Positions 18,967 through 28,600 of a stretch of 64,000 nucleotides of DNA are shown in pieces. The stretch covers positions 32,001-96,000 of IMG/VR virus record IMGVR_UViG_3300050821_005389; one strand, 5' to 3'. The notes beneath the pieces are model-generated. The model saw only the letters and a program-made list of their open reading frames with translations, ran no database searches and was not told the DNA's origin. Numbering within the stretch: position 1 is the first letter of the stretch; the number at the start of each line of letters is the position of its first letter. Source of the stretch: a virus. A program made the translations under genes and the position numbers.

Positions 18967-19745
18967 TTCAAGATTCGGTTTTTTGTATTCCTACAGCGAA
19001 GCGACCCGAGTTCCTTGCATTATGTCTTGAGAAACTAGCAAAAATTCCCGATATTGAGCAAGCCGATATTCGTATATTTTTAGATACTTGTACAGACGAA
19101 CGACTAACCGACGTTGAATATTGTCGTGATACTTTTCTTCCTGTAGCCGAAATTTTCAGGGCCGATAAGCATGTTTTCGCATTAAGCGGATGCTGGAATA
19201 TTTTAAGAAGCTTGCACGAAGGCTGGCGAACTAATAAGGAATACGTATTTTTTGTAGAAGAAGATGTATTAGTCTTACCGACCTTTACGAAGTTTCATTG
19301 GAACGTACACAATTCCGGTAACTATTTCGTGACGTGTGGGCGCCGTCATTCCAGTATGCCGTTGGATTTTTACAGCAATCCCGGTACTTGCTATCGTCAT
19401 AAATCACTCGATCACGTCGTACCGCACATCAACGATGATTATTTTCGAGACACGACTGTTTATCTCGACAAACACTTCCCTGGTATGAAAGGTATGGACG
19501 GCACATTGGATGACGGATTGATTCGTAAAGTTCAACGTTCGGTGAACGGTAAAGTTTTATGTGCTGAACCGCCTGTGGCGTTTCATTCCGGATTTCATTA
19601 TTATGATCGACTTGAAGAATATAAAAACAAAGGTGTAACGATTCAAGAACGTATCGAGTATCTTCGTAAAATGCTTCCAACTTTAACCAAACAGTCAAGG
19701 TACACGCATGACTGGGAGCCGTATATTGAACCTGTCGGCTGCTAA
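18963..19745 (+). CDS. Glycosyltransferase, GT-A fold
   Basis: FCIPTAKRPEFLALCL at the N-terminus and VFFVEEDVLV (DxD-like). Start reassigned to ATG 18963. Confidence 0.7.
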   Translation: MIQDSVFCIPTAKRPEFLALCLEKLAKIPDIEQADIRIFLDTCTDERLTDVEYCRDTFLPVAEIFRADKHVFALSGCWNILRSLHEGWRTNKEYVFFVEEDVLVLPTFTKFHWNVHNSGNYFVTCGRRHSSMPLDFYSNPGTCYRHKSLDHVVPHINDDYFRDTTVYLDKHFPGMKGMDGTLDDGLIRKVQRSVNGKVLCAEPPVAFHSGFHYYDRLEEYKNKGVTIQERIEYLRKMLPTLTKQSRYTHDWEPYIEPVGC

Positions 19746-21024
19746 AAAGTTCTTTAGAAAATCTAAGGCCCAAGTGAAAGAACCCGTTCTTGTCGACGTA
19801 AATAAAATGACGCCGGAAGCGCAGTCGTTGGAAAAGTACTTGCTTCGAGGTATTGTGGGACAAGACAGAGCAGTTCACCAACTAGTGAGAGCGTTTGAAT
19901 CGTATCAAGCGGGTATCGAGGATCCCACCAAGCCATTATCCAATCTATTGTTTCTCGGTCCAACCGGCGCGGGTAAAACACGTACTATAGAAGTTTTTTG
20001 TGAATACTTCTGGGGCAGTCCGAACGCGATGATTAAAATGGATTGTTCTGAATTTACTCATAGTCATGAAATCGCTAAGTTGATCGGATCCCCGCCTGGG
20101 TATCTTGGACATAAGGAAACGCAGGCTAGGATCTGTAAATCCAAATTAGAAGCGTATTGGGACCGCGGACCTAAGTTTTCTGTCCTGTTGTTTGACGAGA
20201 TAGAAAAGGGTCATTCCGATCTTCACCAGTTGCTTTTGGGTATTATGGATAAGGGTATTCTGACTCTAGGAACTAATGATGAAGTTGATTTGAAAAAATG
20301 TTTCGTTATCATGACCTCGAATTTAGGCGCGAAGGCCGTTAGTAAGCATTTAAATAGTCGCGAAATTGGTTACGCTAATAAAGAAGACACAAACGAGAAA
20401 ATAGATCAAGCCATTTATAAAACCAGCATGGCAGCCGTCAAGAAATTCTTTGAACCAGAGTTCGTCAATCGCGTCGACAGGGTTATAGTATTTCGAGCAT
20501 TATCCGATGATACGATCCGGTCTATTTTAGATCTCGAACTAGAAAAGGTGCAGCGCCGCCTAAAGGACTCTAATAAATATATCGTTATAGGATGCTCTAA
20601 GCCAGCCAAAGAATTCTTGATTAAAGAAGGCACGAATTCCGAATTCGGTGCTCGCGAGCTTCGCCGAACGGTCGAGCGGGAAGTTGTTAATAAATTAGCT
20701 CGTGTGATAGCAACTAAGCAAGCCGTAGACGGCGATCTTATCAAAATAGAATACAATACCGGAGATAAGAATTTAACGTTTTCAGTATTTAAAAATGTCG
20801 TAGATATTCCGAAAATTAAACCCGCGCCAGTTGAAGAGTCGGAGAAGAAGCCTGTTGCTCCTAGTCAGGAAGATAAAACAGTTAATATGACGCAGGAGTT
20901 CGGTGACGTTGCTATTTGTTTCGTTCTGCCAAATATGGAGCCGTGTATCGGCTGTGGCGCAAGGTATTTACATCGAACTGACTGTCCTGAGAAAAAGGAA
21001 AACAATCCGTATGTTAAAAATTAA
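19708..21024 (+). CDS. ClpB/ClpC-like AAA+ ATPase with only the second (D2) module
   Basis: IVGQDRAV, LFLGPTGAGKT (Walker A), DCSEF...KLIGSPPGYLG, VLLFDEIEKGH (Walker B), IMTSNLG, PEFVNRVD, FGARELRR. Confidence 0.9.
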   Translation: MTGSRILNLSAAKKFFRKSKAQVKEPVLVDVNKMTPEAQSLEKYLLRGIVGQDRAVHQLVRAFESYQAGIEDPTKPLSNLLFLGPTGAGKTRTIEVFCEYFWGSPNAMIKMDCSEFTHSHEIAKLIGSPPGYLGHKETQARICKSKLEAYWDRGPKFSVLLFDEIEKGHSDLHQLLLGIMDKGILTLGTNDEVDLKKCFVIMTSNLGAKAVSKHLNSREIGYANKEDTNEKIDQAIYKTSMAAVKKFFEPEFVNRVDRVIVFRALSDDTIRSILDLELEKVQRRLKDSNKYIVIGCSKPAKEFLIKEGTNSEFGARELRRTVEREVVNKLARVIATKQAVDGDLIKIEYNTGDKNLTFSVFKNVVDIPKIKPAPVEESEKKPVAPSQEDKTVNMTQEFGDVAICFVLPNMEPCIGCGARYLHRTDCPEKKENNPYVKN

Positions 21025-21370
21025 ACTAATAGCTTTATTCTTGTTTCTGTTCATTTGCACCGGTACGGCGTTCGGTCAAGGTACTTCGGTTCCGCCGCTG
21101 AATTCGACGGCAGTTGATACGGGATGTGCTAGCTTTTCTGCTTGTACTTATACGGATTTAAATGTTCCTCCAGGTCAACATTTTTATTTTGTCATCGCGA
21201 TGAACGCGGCTGGCTATAGCGGACCGTCAAACGCTTTTTATTGCACCGTGCCAGCGGGCAGTCATAACGTCGTATTAAACTGGAATCCTAGTAATTCAGA
21301 TCCTACAGTCGGGTACTTTCTTTGGAGGGGAGCTCCGCCGACCAATATTAATGCGATCGGCACGTTCTGA
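21011..21370 (+). CDS. Secreted FN3-like protein, circularly permuted
   Basis: Signal peptide MLKIKLIALFLFLFICTGTAFG. The C-half of the FN3 module (TYTD...FYFV...SGPSN) precedes the N-half (HNVVLNW...GYFLWRG). Confidence 0.65.
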   Translation: MLKIKLIALFLFLFICTGTAFGQGTSVPPLNSTAVDTGCASFSACTYTDLNVPPGQHFYFVIAMNAAGYSGPSNAFYCTVPAGSHNVVLNWNPSNSDPTVGYFLWRGAPPTNINAIGTF

Positions 21371-21618
21371 TGTTCGGTCGTCGTTCTATAAAACTCACTT
21401 GGCACCCGTCGCCTGAACGCGTTGATGGATATTACGTCTACCGAGGAAGAAATTCTGGTCAAGAAGGATTACTTCCTGTTAATAAAACGATTGTATTAGG
21501 AACTAGTTATACTGACCAAGTCCCAATTATAGGAACTTTTTATTACGTAGTACGATCTAGTCGTAATGGCGTTTTTTCTAAGCCTTCTAATGAAGTTAAG
21601 ACAAAGAGATTATTTTAA
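21370..21618 (+). CDS. Single FN3-like module protein
   Basis: SIKLTW...VDGYYVYRG...GTSYTD...FYYVVRS...SKPSNEV. Confidence 0.75.
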   Translation: MFGRRSIKLTWHPSPERVDGYYVYRGRNSGQEGLLPVNKTIVLGTSYTDQVPIIGTFYYVVRSSRNGVFSKPSNEVKTKRLF

Positions 21619-21636
21619 CATTTTTTAAGGAGAAAC

Positions 21637-21915
21637 ATGGCACATTCTGTAAATCTTAGTTGGACCGGTTCGGCAGATTCGGTTTCCGGTTACAATGTTT
21701 ATCGTGGATCTTCGGCTGGAGGAGAAGGTCCGACACCGCTTAACGCGGCGTTGATCACCGGTACGACTTTCGATGATACTACAGTTGTTCCCGGTAATTG
21801 GTTCTACGTTGTCAAATCAGTTTTAAATGGCGTTTCGTCACAAGCTAGTAATGAAGTAGAAGCTACGATTCTTCCTGCTCCTCCTTCCGCTCTAGTCATA
21901 GTCTCAGAAAATTAA
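21637..21915 (+). CDS. Single FN3-like module protein with C-terminal PAPPSAL extension
   Basis: HSVNLSW...VSGYNVYRG...TTFDD...WFYVVKS...SQASNEV. RBS AAGGAG. Confidence 0.8.
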   Translation: MAHSVNLSWTGSADSVSGYNVYRGSSAGGEGPTPLNAALITGTTFDDTTVVPGNWFYVVKSVLNGVSSQASNEVEATILPAPPSALVIVSEN

Positions 21916-21938
21916 CTAAGAATAAAATTTTAAAATTC

Positions 21939-21969
21939 AAGGGAGACGGCACGTAGCGTCTCCTTTTTT
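21939..21969 (+). terminator. Rho-independent terminator
   Basis: GGAGACG-(8 nt)-CGTCTCC stem followed by TTTTTT. Confidence 0.75.
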
Positions 21970-21984
21970 ATTTAGGAGAAATTC

Positions 21985-22431
21985 ATGGCGGGAGAAAAGG
22001 GAAACCAAAATTCGATCGGGTTTCTTTCTTTATTATTTCAGGCAGTCGTTTCTACAAGTTATGCTAACCTGGCAGCTAACTCCGGCAGCAGTCCACTGAC
22101 AGTTCTTTACGTCAGTCTTCATACAGCCGATCCAGGTGCCGGCGGTAACCAAAACACGTCGGAAGCTGCTTATACTGGCTATGCTCGCGTATCAGTAGCT
22201 AGAACTACGGGCGGTTGGTCGATTTCAGGTGAAACGATTACAAACGTTTCATCTATTACTTTTCCAGCTTGCACTGGCGGCTCAGAAACAGAAACAAACG
22301 TCGGCATCGGTACAGCCTCGTCCGGAGCGGGTATTTTGCTTTGGACTGGTCCGTTGACGGCTTCGTTGGCTGTCTCTAGCGGTATTACGCCTTCATTTGG
22401 TGCGGGCGAATTGTCAGTGACCGAGGGATGA
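21985..22431 (+). CDS. Putative virion fibre/decoration structural protein
   Basis: LYVSLHTADPG...EAAYTGYARVSVAR...ITFPACT pattern, recognised from phage fibre modules. RBS AGGAG. Confidence 0.65.
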   Translation: MAGEKGNQNSIGFLSLLFQAVVSTSYANLAANSGSSPLTVLYVSLHTADPGAGGNQNTSEAAYTGYARVSVARTTGGWSISGETITNVSSITFPACTGGSETETNVGIGTASSGAGILLWTGPLTASLAVSSGITPSFGAGELSVTEG

Positions 22432-22436
22432 CCTAG

Positions 22437-23357
22437 ATGCCAACTCCAAATACTATACCAATTACTCCGGGTACAGGACAAAACCTGGATTCTTTACAAG
22501 TATCCACTTCGGCCGGAACGGTCAGCAGAGAAGTAGTCACAATAGGTGATGCATCCACGGGAGCGAACGTGGCTGCAGTAAGTTCGGTTGGTGCAGTAAG
22601 CACGAATTTAACACAAGTAGCAGGAAGTTCTGTAATAGCCATCGCGACAGGTATTCAAGCCGTGGGCACTTTGGGCCATAACGGACTTAGTTTTGATAAT
22701 CCTTCGGGATCCGCGCCACCTTCAAGTGCGCTTTGGATCGGCTATAAAGTAAGCGGCGTGGATTTTGAAGGTGTATCTCTTTCTAATCCGCTGCCAGAAA
22801 ATATAGCTCAAATTGCCGGTAGCACTGTAACCACGGCCGCAACCGGCGTCCAGCAAGTCGGCGTAGTCGGTAACGCAGGCGCCGCTTTCGACGCCGCTAC
22901 AGCCGCCCCTGTCCCTGCCAATGCTATTCAACAGGGCGTTCGAGCCGCTACTGCATATCCAACAGCCGTAACAAACGGCCAATTAGTCGGCGCAATGTCA
23001 GATAAAGCAGGTCGTGCCGCCGTCGTCCTTAATTCGCCTCGAGATCTTGTCGGTACGGCAGCTTTAACTTCTGCTTCTGGTTCAGCTACTAGTTTCATTG
23101 CCGCCGGAGCTGCCAACGTATTCAACGATATCGTATCACTGGTGATTACTAACTCAACTGCGACAGCTACCACAGTAACATTAAGCGATAACGGTTCCGG
23201 CGGCAATACATATCTTTTCGATCTCGCCGGTAACGGCGGTATCGTTATGAATTTTCCTACGCCTCTTCCTCAAGGAACTGCTGCTGCTGCTTGGGATGTA
23301 CTTAATAGCGCAGCAGTTTCACTACATTATACTTGTATCTTTATTAAAAATAAATAG
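22437..23357 (+). CDS. Putative virion structural/fibre protein
   Basis: 306 aa, Ala/Thr/Val-rich. Internal repeat NLTQVAGSSV.../NIAQIAGSTV... and a jelly-roll-like C-terminus. Confidence 0.55.
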   Translation: MPTPNTIPITPGTGQNLDSLQVSTSAGTVSREVVTIGDASTGANVAAVSSVGAVSTNLTQVAGSSVIAIATGIQAVGTLGHNGLSFDNPSGSAPPSSALWIGYKVSGVDFEGVSLSNPLPENIAQIAGSTVTTAATGVQQVGVVGNAGAAFDAATAAPVPANAIQQGVRAATAYPTAVTNGQLVGAMSDKAGRAAVVLNSPRDLVGTAALTSASGSATSFIAAGAANVFNDIVSLVITNSTATATTVTLSDNGSGGNTYLFDLAGNGGIVMNFPTPLPQGTAAAAWDVLNSAAVSLHYTCIFIKNK

Positions 23358-24017
23358 ATGGCCATTTCATTTGTAGGCGGAGCTTCCGCCGTCAGTTCTA
23401 GTGGTAGTACTGTCGCAGTTACTTATTCTCCTACTGCGGGAAATACAGTTATTGTTCTGGTGTCCTGCACTTCGACACAATCGGTTTCGGGCGTCGTCGA
23501 TAATGCTACCGGCGGGAGCTCTACGTATACTCAACAAGTAACCGTGGCCAACGGTTGCGATGTAGAAATTTGGTCAACTACGGTAAACGGTGCGAAAGCT
23601 GGCGCCACAACTATTACGGCCACCGTGACAGGCTCGACTCAAAAACCAGTTGCTTGTGTCGTAGAATATTCCGGCGTTACTAACTTCGGAAATACGGCTA
23701 ATAATACCGGAGCTACTACACCACTGACTGTTACGATTACAGCCCAAGATAATAACAGCGTTTTAATCGCCGGCTACGGGCAAAAATATTCCGGAACATT
23801 TACTCAAATTACCGGAAATCTCCGAGAAAAATCCGGACCGAGTAGCAACGGAAACGTCAATTGCGCTATCGTTGAGGATGCGGTTGTAGCTGCGGGTAGT
23901 GCGGTAATTTCATTGCACGGTACTACAGTGAATTATGGCGCCGTTGCTTTAGAACTTCTTCAAGCCGCCGCAACCGGACCTAATAACCAGTTAATGATGA
24001 CAGGCGCTGGAACATAG
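23358..24017 (+). CDS. Putative beta-sandwich fibre-associated protein
   Basis: 219 aa, all-beta Ser/Thr/Val pattern; ends QLMMTGAGT. Confidence 0.55.
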   Translation: MAISFVGGASAVSSSGSTVAVTYSPTAGNTVIVLVSCTSTQSVSGVVDNATGGSSTYTQQVTVANGCDVEIWSTTVNGAKAGATTITATVTGSTQKPVACVVEYSGVTNFGNTANNTGATTPLTVTITAQDNNSVLIAGYGQKYSGTFTQITGNLREKSGPSSNGNVNCAIVEDAVVAAGSAVISLHGTTVNYGAVALELLQAAATGPNNQLMMTGAGT

Positions 24018-24040
24018 TTAGAAGAATTTAGGAGTCAAGC

Positions 24041-25603
24041 TTGATAGCAGCAATTCTGGCTACCCGAGGTGCAGCTAGTAACCTCGCAGCGGCGATTAAT
24101 GGCCACGGATCTGTAACCGGAACATTAAGCACGCCCGGCCAGATTCAAGCCTCTGTAGCAGGTCATGCCTCAGTCTCAGGTCTTTTAATTCAAGCACATC
24201 ATGTAAATGTTACTTGGACTGCTGCGTCTGATCAGGTAGATGGTTACAATGTTTACCGTGGGTCGACTTCGGGCGGTGAAAGCGGAGTTCCGCTTAATTC
24301 TAGTATTATTACTGGTACTAGTTTCATAGACTACAGTCCGAATCTCGGACCTAATTTTTACATCGTAAGGTCAAGTATAGCGGGCGTTCTTAGCCAGATC
24401 TCGCCGGAAGTTGAAGTATTTATTGGCCAACAAGCTAGTTTTGGCGGTCACGCCACTGTTGGCGGAACGCTTATCGGTAAAACGGCATTAGTTTCCGCTA
24501 TTACCGGACACGCGTCTATTACAGCAACTGGTCCGGGAATTGGCAAGTTAATTGCATCGATCAATGGTCGCGCTTCTGTCTCGGGAACTTTATTTGGTAA
24601 AGCGGCTTTAATAGGATCCGTCGCGGGTCAAGCATCTGTTTCCGGAACGATTCAAGCAGTTCATACTACGTCTTCGGCGATAACTGGACACGCCACAGTT
24701 TCTGGAACGGCTGGCTCTTTTGGATTTTTGCAGTCAAGTATTACCGGGCACGCGACTGTTTTCGCAACGCCTCCTGGATTTGGACATTTACTAGCATCGG
24801 TTAATGGTCAAGCTACTGTCTCCGGACATATCGCCGGCGGCAGCCATATGGTCGGTAATATAAAAGGCCAAGCTACCGTTACCGGAACTTTAACCGGTCA
24901 AGCTATTATCGTACCGATATTCGCTAATATAAATGGCCAAGCCGTAGTTTCTTGTTCGCTAAATGGTCTTCAATTAACGCCACCACTATTTACTTTTGGT
25001 GTCTCGAGTCAAAATCCTGCTATATTAAATTTTACGCAGACTAGTGAAAGTAATTTTTATAAACCGGATATTTCGCCTTCGGGAAGTTTCTGGCCGTTAT
25101 CAGCTTTACCGGTCAATCAAGGTCAGTTAGGATGGGAAGCCGCTCGTAACCAGTTGTTAGTCCTACCTAGCTACGCATGGCTAGGAAGCCACCCAGCTAA
25201 AATTAATGCCGCTGGATATGTTTTAGCTCCGCGACAATCCCGTGGTGAATTTAATATCGTACTGTTACAGAATTATTTTCAGCAGACAGGGAGCGGTCCG
25301 GCAGGTATTGTAGTTTATAGCGATACATTAGCAACGTTTCCATTGAATAATATAATCGATCCCGGCACAACATGGCGTTGGAGTCTTCAAGCAGGTTTAA
25401 CCATCGGAAACGGTGGTATTGGCTGCGGGTATTCTATCACGCTGAACGGTACGACTTTTTACGGATCTGGTTTTTCTAATAGATACCAACAATTTAACAA
25501 AATCGTACAACCCGTCCAGTTAAGTATCGCTGGTTTCTTCTCCGGAACTACCTTTGGTTCTGATTTTTGCCAGTTGGGTTTGACCCAGTTCGAAGTTCGT
25601 TAA
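24041..25603 (+). CDS. Fibre-like protein with eleven ~20-aa repeats and an inserted FN3-like module
   Basis: Repeat consensus xLxAsIxG(H/Q)A(S/T)VSGTLxGxx. FN3 insert HHVNVTW...DGYNVYRG...FYIVRS. TTG start with AGGAG RBS. Confidence 0.7.
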   Translation: MIAAILATRGAASNLAAAINGHGSVTGTLSTPGQIQASVAGHASVSGLLIQAHHVNVTWTAASDQVDGYNVYRGSTSGGESGVPLNSSIITGTSFIDYSPNLGPNFYIVRSSIAGVLSQISPEVEVFIGQQASFGGHATVGGTLIGKTALVSAITGHASITATGPGIGKLIASINGRASVSGTLFGKAALIGSVAGQASVSGTIQAVHTTSSAITGHATVSGTAGSFGFLQSSITGHATVFATPPGFGHLLASVNGQATVSGHIAGGSHMVGNIKGQATVTGTLTGQAIIVPIFANINGQAVVSCSLNGLQLTPPLFTFGVSSQNPAILNFTQTSESNFYKPDISPSGSFWPLSALPVNQGQLGWEAARNQLLVLPSYAWLGSHPAKINAAGYVLAPRQSRGEFNIVLLQNYFQQTGSGPAGIVVYSDTLATFPLNNIIDPGTTWRWSLQAGLTIGNGGIGCGYSITLNGTTFYGSGFSNRYQQFNKIVQPVQLSIAGFFSGTTFGSDFCQLGLTQFEVR

Positions 25604-28600
25604 TTAACAACTCCGGTCAACCCAGTCGGTGGCGGAGGAATCGTTCCACTATTGATAATATAAGTCGCTTGGCTCGGTGGCGTCGTGTCGTTAAATCCGG
25701 TCAGCGTGCCGATCGCTGTCAAAACGGTAGTTCCGGTAGCGACTGGTATAGCAGTTCCAATATAAGTTTGAGTCGTTCCGCCGGAACAAACATGGCTAAC
25801 TTCCGTAGGTGTTGAGCCGTCGGTAGTATAGCAAATCGTAACGGAGCCGGGTGTAGTAACAGATAGCGTGACGTTTTGCGATCCCGTATAGGTCCCGCCT
25901 GCGGGAGCGAATGTTACTTGAGAAACGGTCGGTGTAGTTGATTGTTGCTGCTGGTAAGCGAATAAAGCCGCAGTGCAAACCAGTCCACTAGCGCAACTAA
26001 AAGATTGACTCGTAGCCGTTGATAGCGGTTGTGGATAAACCGGCGTTGACGCAAAAAAATTGACCGTTTTATCTGGCGTAACACCGGGTTCCCAACAGCC
26101 AGGACTTTGACCCGTCACCGGATCGAGGGCGGCGTTTAAACCGCCATTGCAAGGATTATTGGCGATTAATCCGGTACCGTTGGTACACTCAATAGTCAAT
26201 GAACTAGTCTGACAGTTATTATGAAATTTCTGCCAATTGACGATTTGCAACCCGTTCGGAGTAGAGTTTCCGCAACCGCCCGCAGCGTTTGAGTTGGCAA
26301 CGCAACTGTACGTTAAGAACCAATACGGCGTAGGATTACCATTTGGTGCCGGCAACAAAAATGGTATCGAAGTGGAACTAGCCCAATTAGTATTGCATGT
26401 CGACGGTCCGTTACAGTGTCCTCCGGCTAATCCGTTCACGGTAAATCCTTGCATGGGTTGCAGCGTTGCAACGTTTGTATCCGGTGTATATTGACTCGTC
26501 AACGCCGAACCCTTTAGAATACAATTATCAGTTACGTAATACTGGTGACTATATCTTTCCTGTGGATACGATCCACCGATCGATTGAACCAATTGTAAAT
26601 ACAATTCGTAATCTGGCTGCCACTCGTTTGCCGCAGTCGTAGAGTTACTAGGTATTCCGATCTTCGGGCCTACGACACCGCACAATCCATATCCCCAGTC
26701 GCCGTAACTGGTCCCGTTTGCTACGCCATTAGGCAAAGAAAGCTTGGCTGGACCACCGGTAAAAGCTGGCGGCGTTGTATTTAAAAAGTGGTGGAAATTG
26801 TCGTAGCCTAATCCGCCGGGATTCCACAAAGTTTTTGGCTGGAAATGTTCTTGGTCGATGTAATTTCCTATGGCATAAGCACTTTGCAGTAAACTACGAT
26901 CGCTCAGTATTTGTGTATTGCTACTCGTCCCGTTTAAAACCCCCGTAAATGTCACTCCACTCCAATCATACCCTCTGATATACTCTTCCGTTTGAGCAAA
27001 TTCAAAAATTCCTTCTTCAAGCTGCGAAGTCATAAAAGCTTTTGTCGTTGCGTGATTCGTAGGATCATCACCCGGTGGAATAGCTGCGTTTATTTGCATC
27101 GTAGCGGCACTCGACGGACCCGGCGAAACTCCGCAAGTTGCTCCGCTACTCAACCCAGTGCAACCCGAAGGCGATCCGGTTCCGGTCGGAGTATTGCTGC
27201 TATACGTGATTGTTACATTTGTTCCAGTTACATATGCTGAAGCGCATCCTACCGGATGGCAATCAAAAGCTACAGGCGTTACGCCCGAGACATAAACTGG
27301 CGTTGGCGATCCCGACGAAGTACTTATTCCGTCACAATTTGCTCCGGTCGAATCTGTCGGATAAACGTTTGTGCAAGCTGCGGTTACTACAGTAGGCGGT
27401 CCTGCACTCGTGACTGAAATCGATGAAATAGGAATCGTAGCGATAAAACTGTCGCTGACTCCATTATATTGAAAACCTCGGACTGGACTGATACCGGAAG
27501 AACACGGTCCGGCGCCTTGTCCGCCGGTGATAAAGCCGTCAGGACAATTAGTAGAGTCTGTCAACCCTAAAGGAAAGCCGGCGTCTATTTGAGGATTCTG
27601 GACAACGTAAGCTATGATATTTTCACCAGCCAAGGAAATACCAGTAGCTTTTCCAACAGGAGTTATCAACGGGTGAGGATAAGTATAAGGCGTATATGTA
27701 TAAACGACCGGACATCCCGCCGATTGATCTGCCGCCGATTCGCATCGATTCAGTGTTGCGGGTGCACTAGCCGGAAGGACTAAATCGCAAGGATTATGAT
27801 TCGGAGATACGGAAGCACAAGCACCTACGCTAGCCCCTGATTGAATATAGGTCGTATTTCCGTTGAATAATTTCCATAAAGCCGTATTGCCAGAAATACC
27901 CCAAATGTAAGCAGGACTTGATGTTTGATTGATACCTCTACCTATTTGAGTTTGCAAAGGATAAGTCGCCCCAGGCTGGCAATCTTCGGTATACTCAAAC
28001 GCTCCTTGAATAGTGTTACCGCCGGTTACCGTTTCATTAAATTCTATTCCACTACCGCCGCGGAGAGAAGTATAGTTTGATTGGTTAATTCCGGCAAATG
28101 TATTATACGTGTTGTTGTAAAGCTCCCAAAAACGAGTACTGTTTTCTGAATCAGTAGGTGTACAAGAAACCGATCCTCCGCTACCGTGTGCGTCAAACTG
28201 CATGTTATTTAATGTGTTGTGGCGAGCTGTTATGCGAGCAGCACTAAAATTTTCAATGCACGAAGACGCGTCGAAGAATCCACTAGTTGATAAATAGGTA
28301 CAAGTATTATCTTCAAAAAATCCCGATACCGGACCGCCCGGAACATAATCATTCGTCCATCCAGTAGGAAAAGTTCCGAACCAAGAATTATGAACTAACT
28401 CATCTGATCCGTGATGGGCAGTCAGAGTGTTATGATCCATTAACCAGGCGCCACCGCCAGAAAAAGCTACGATTGTTCCTTGCGCTGCCGGCGAACCGTC
28501 ATCAAAAGTATTGTGATCGAGTCTAAATGTAGCTCCTGTCGTTGAATTACCAGTATTAACATGAATCGCAGACTGCCCGTTATTTAATGATCCGGTGAAA

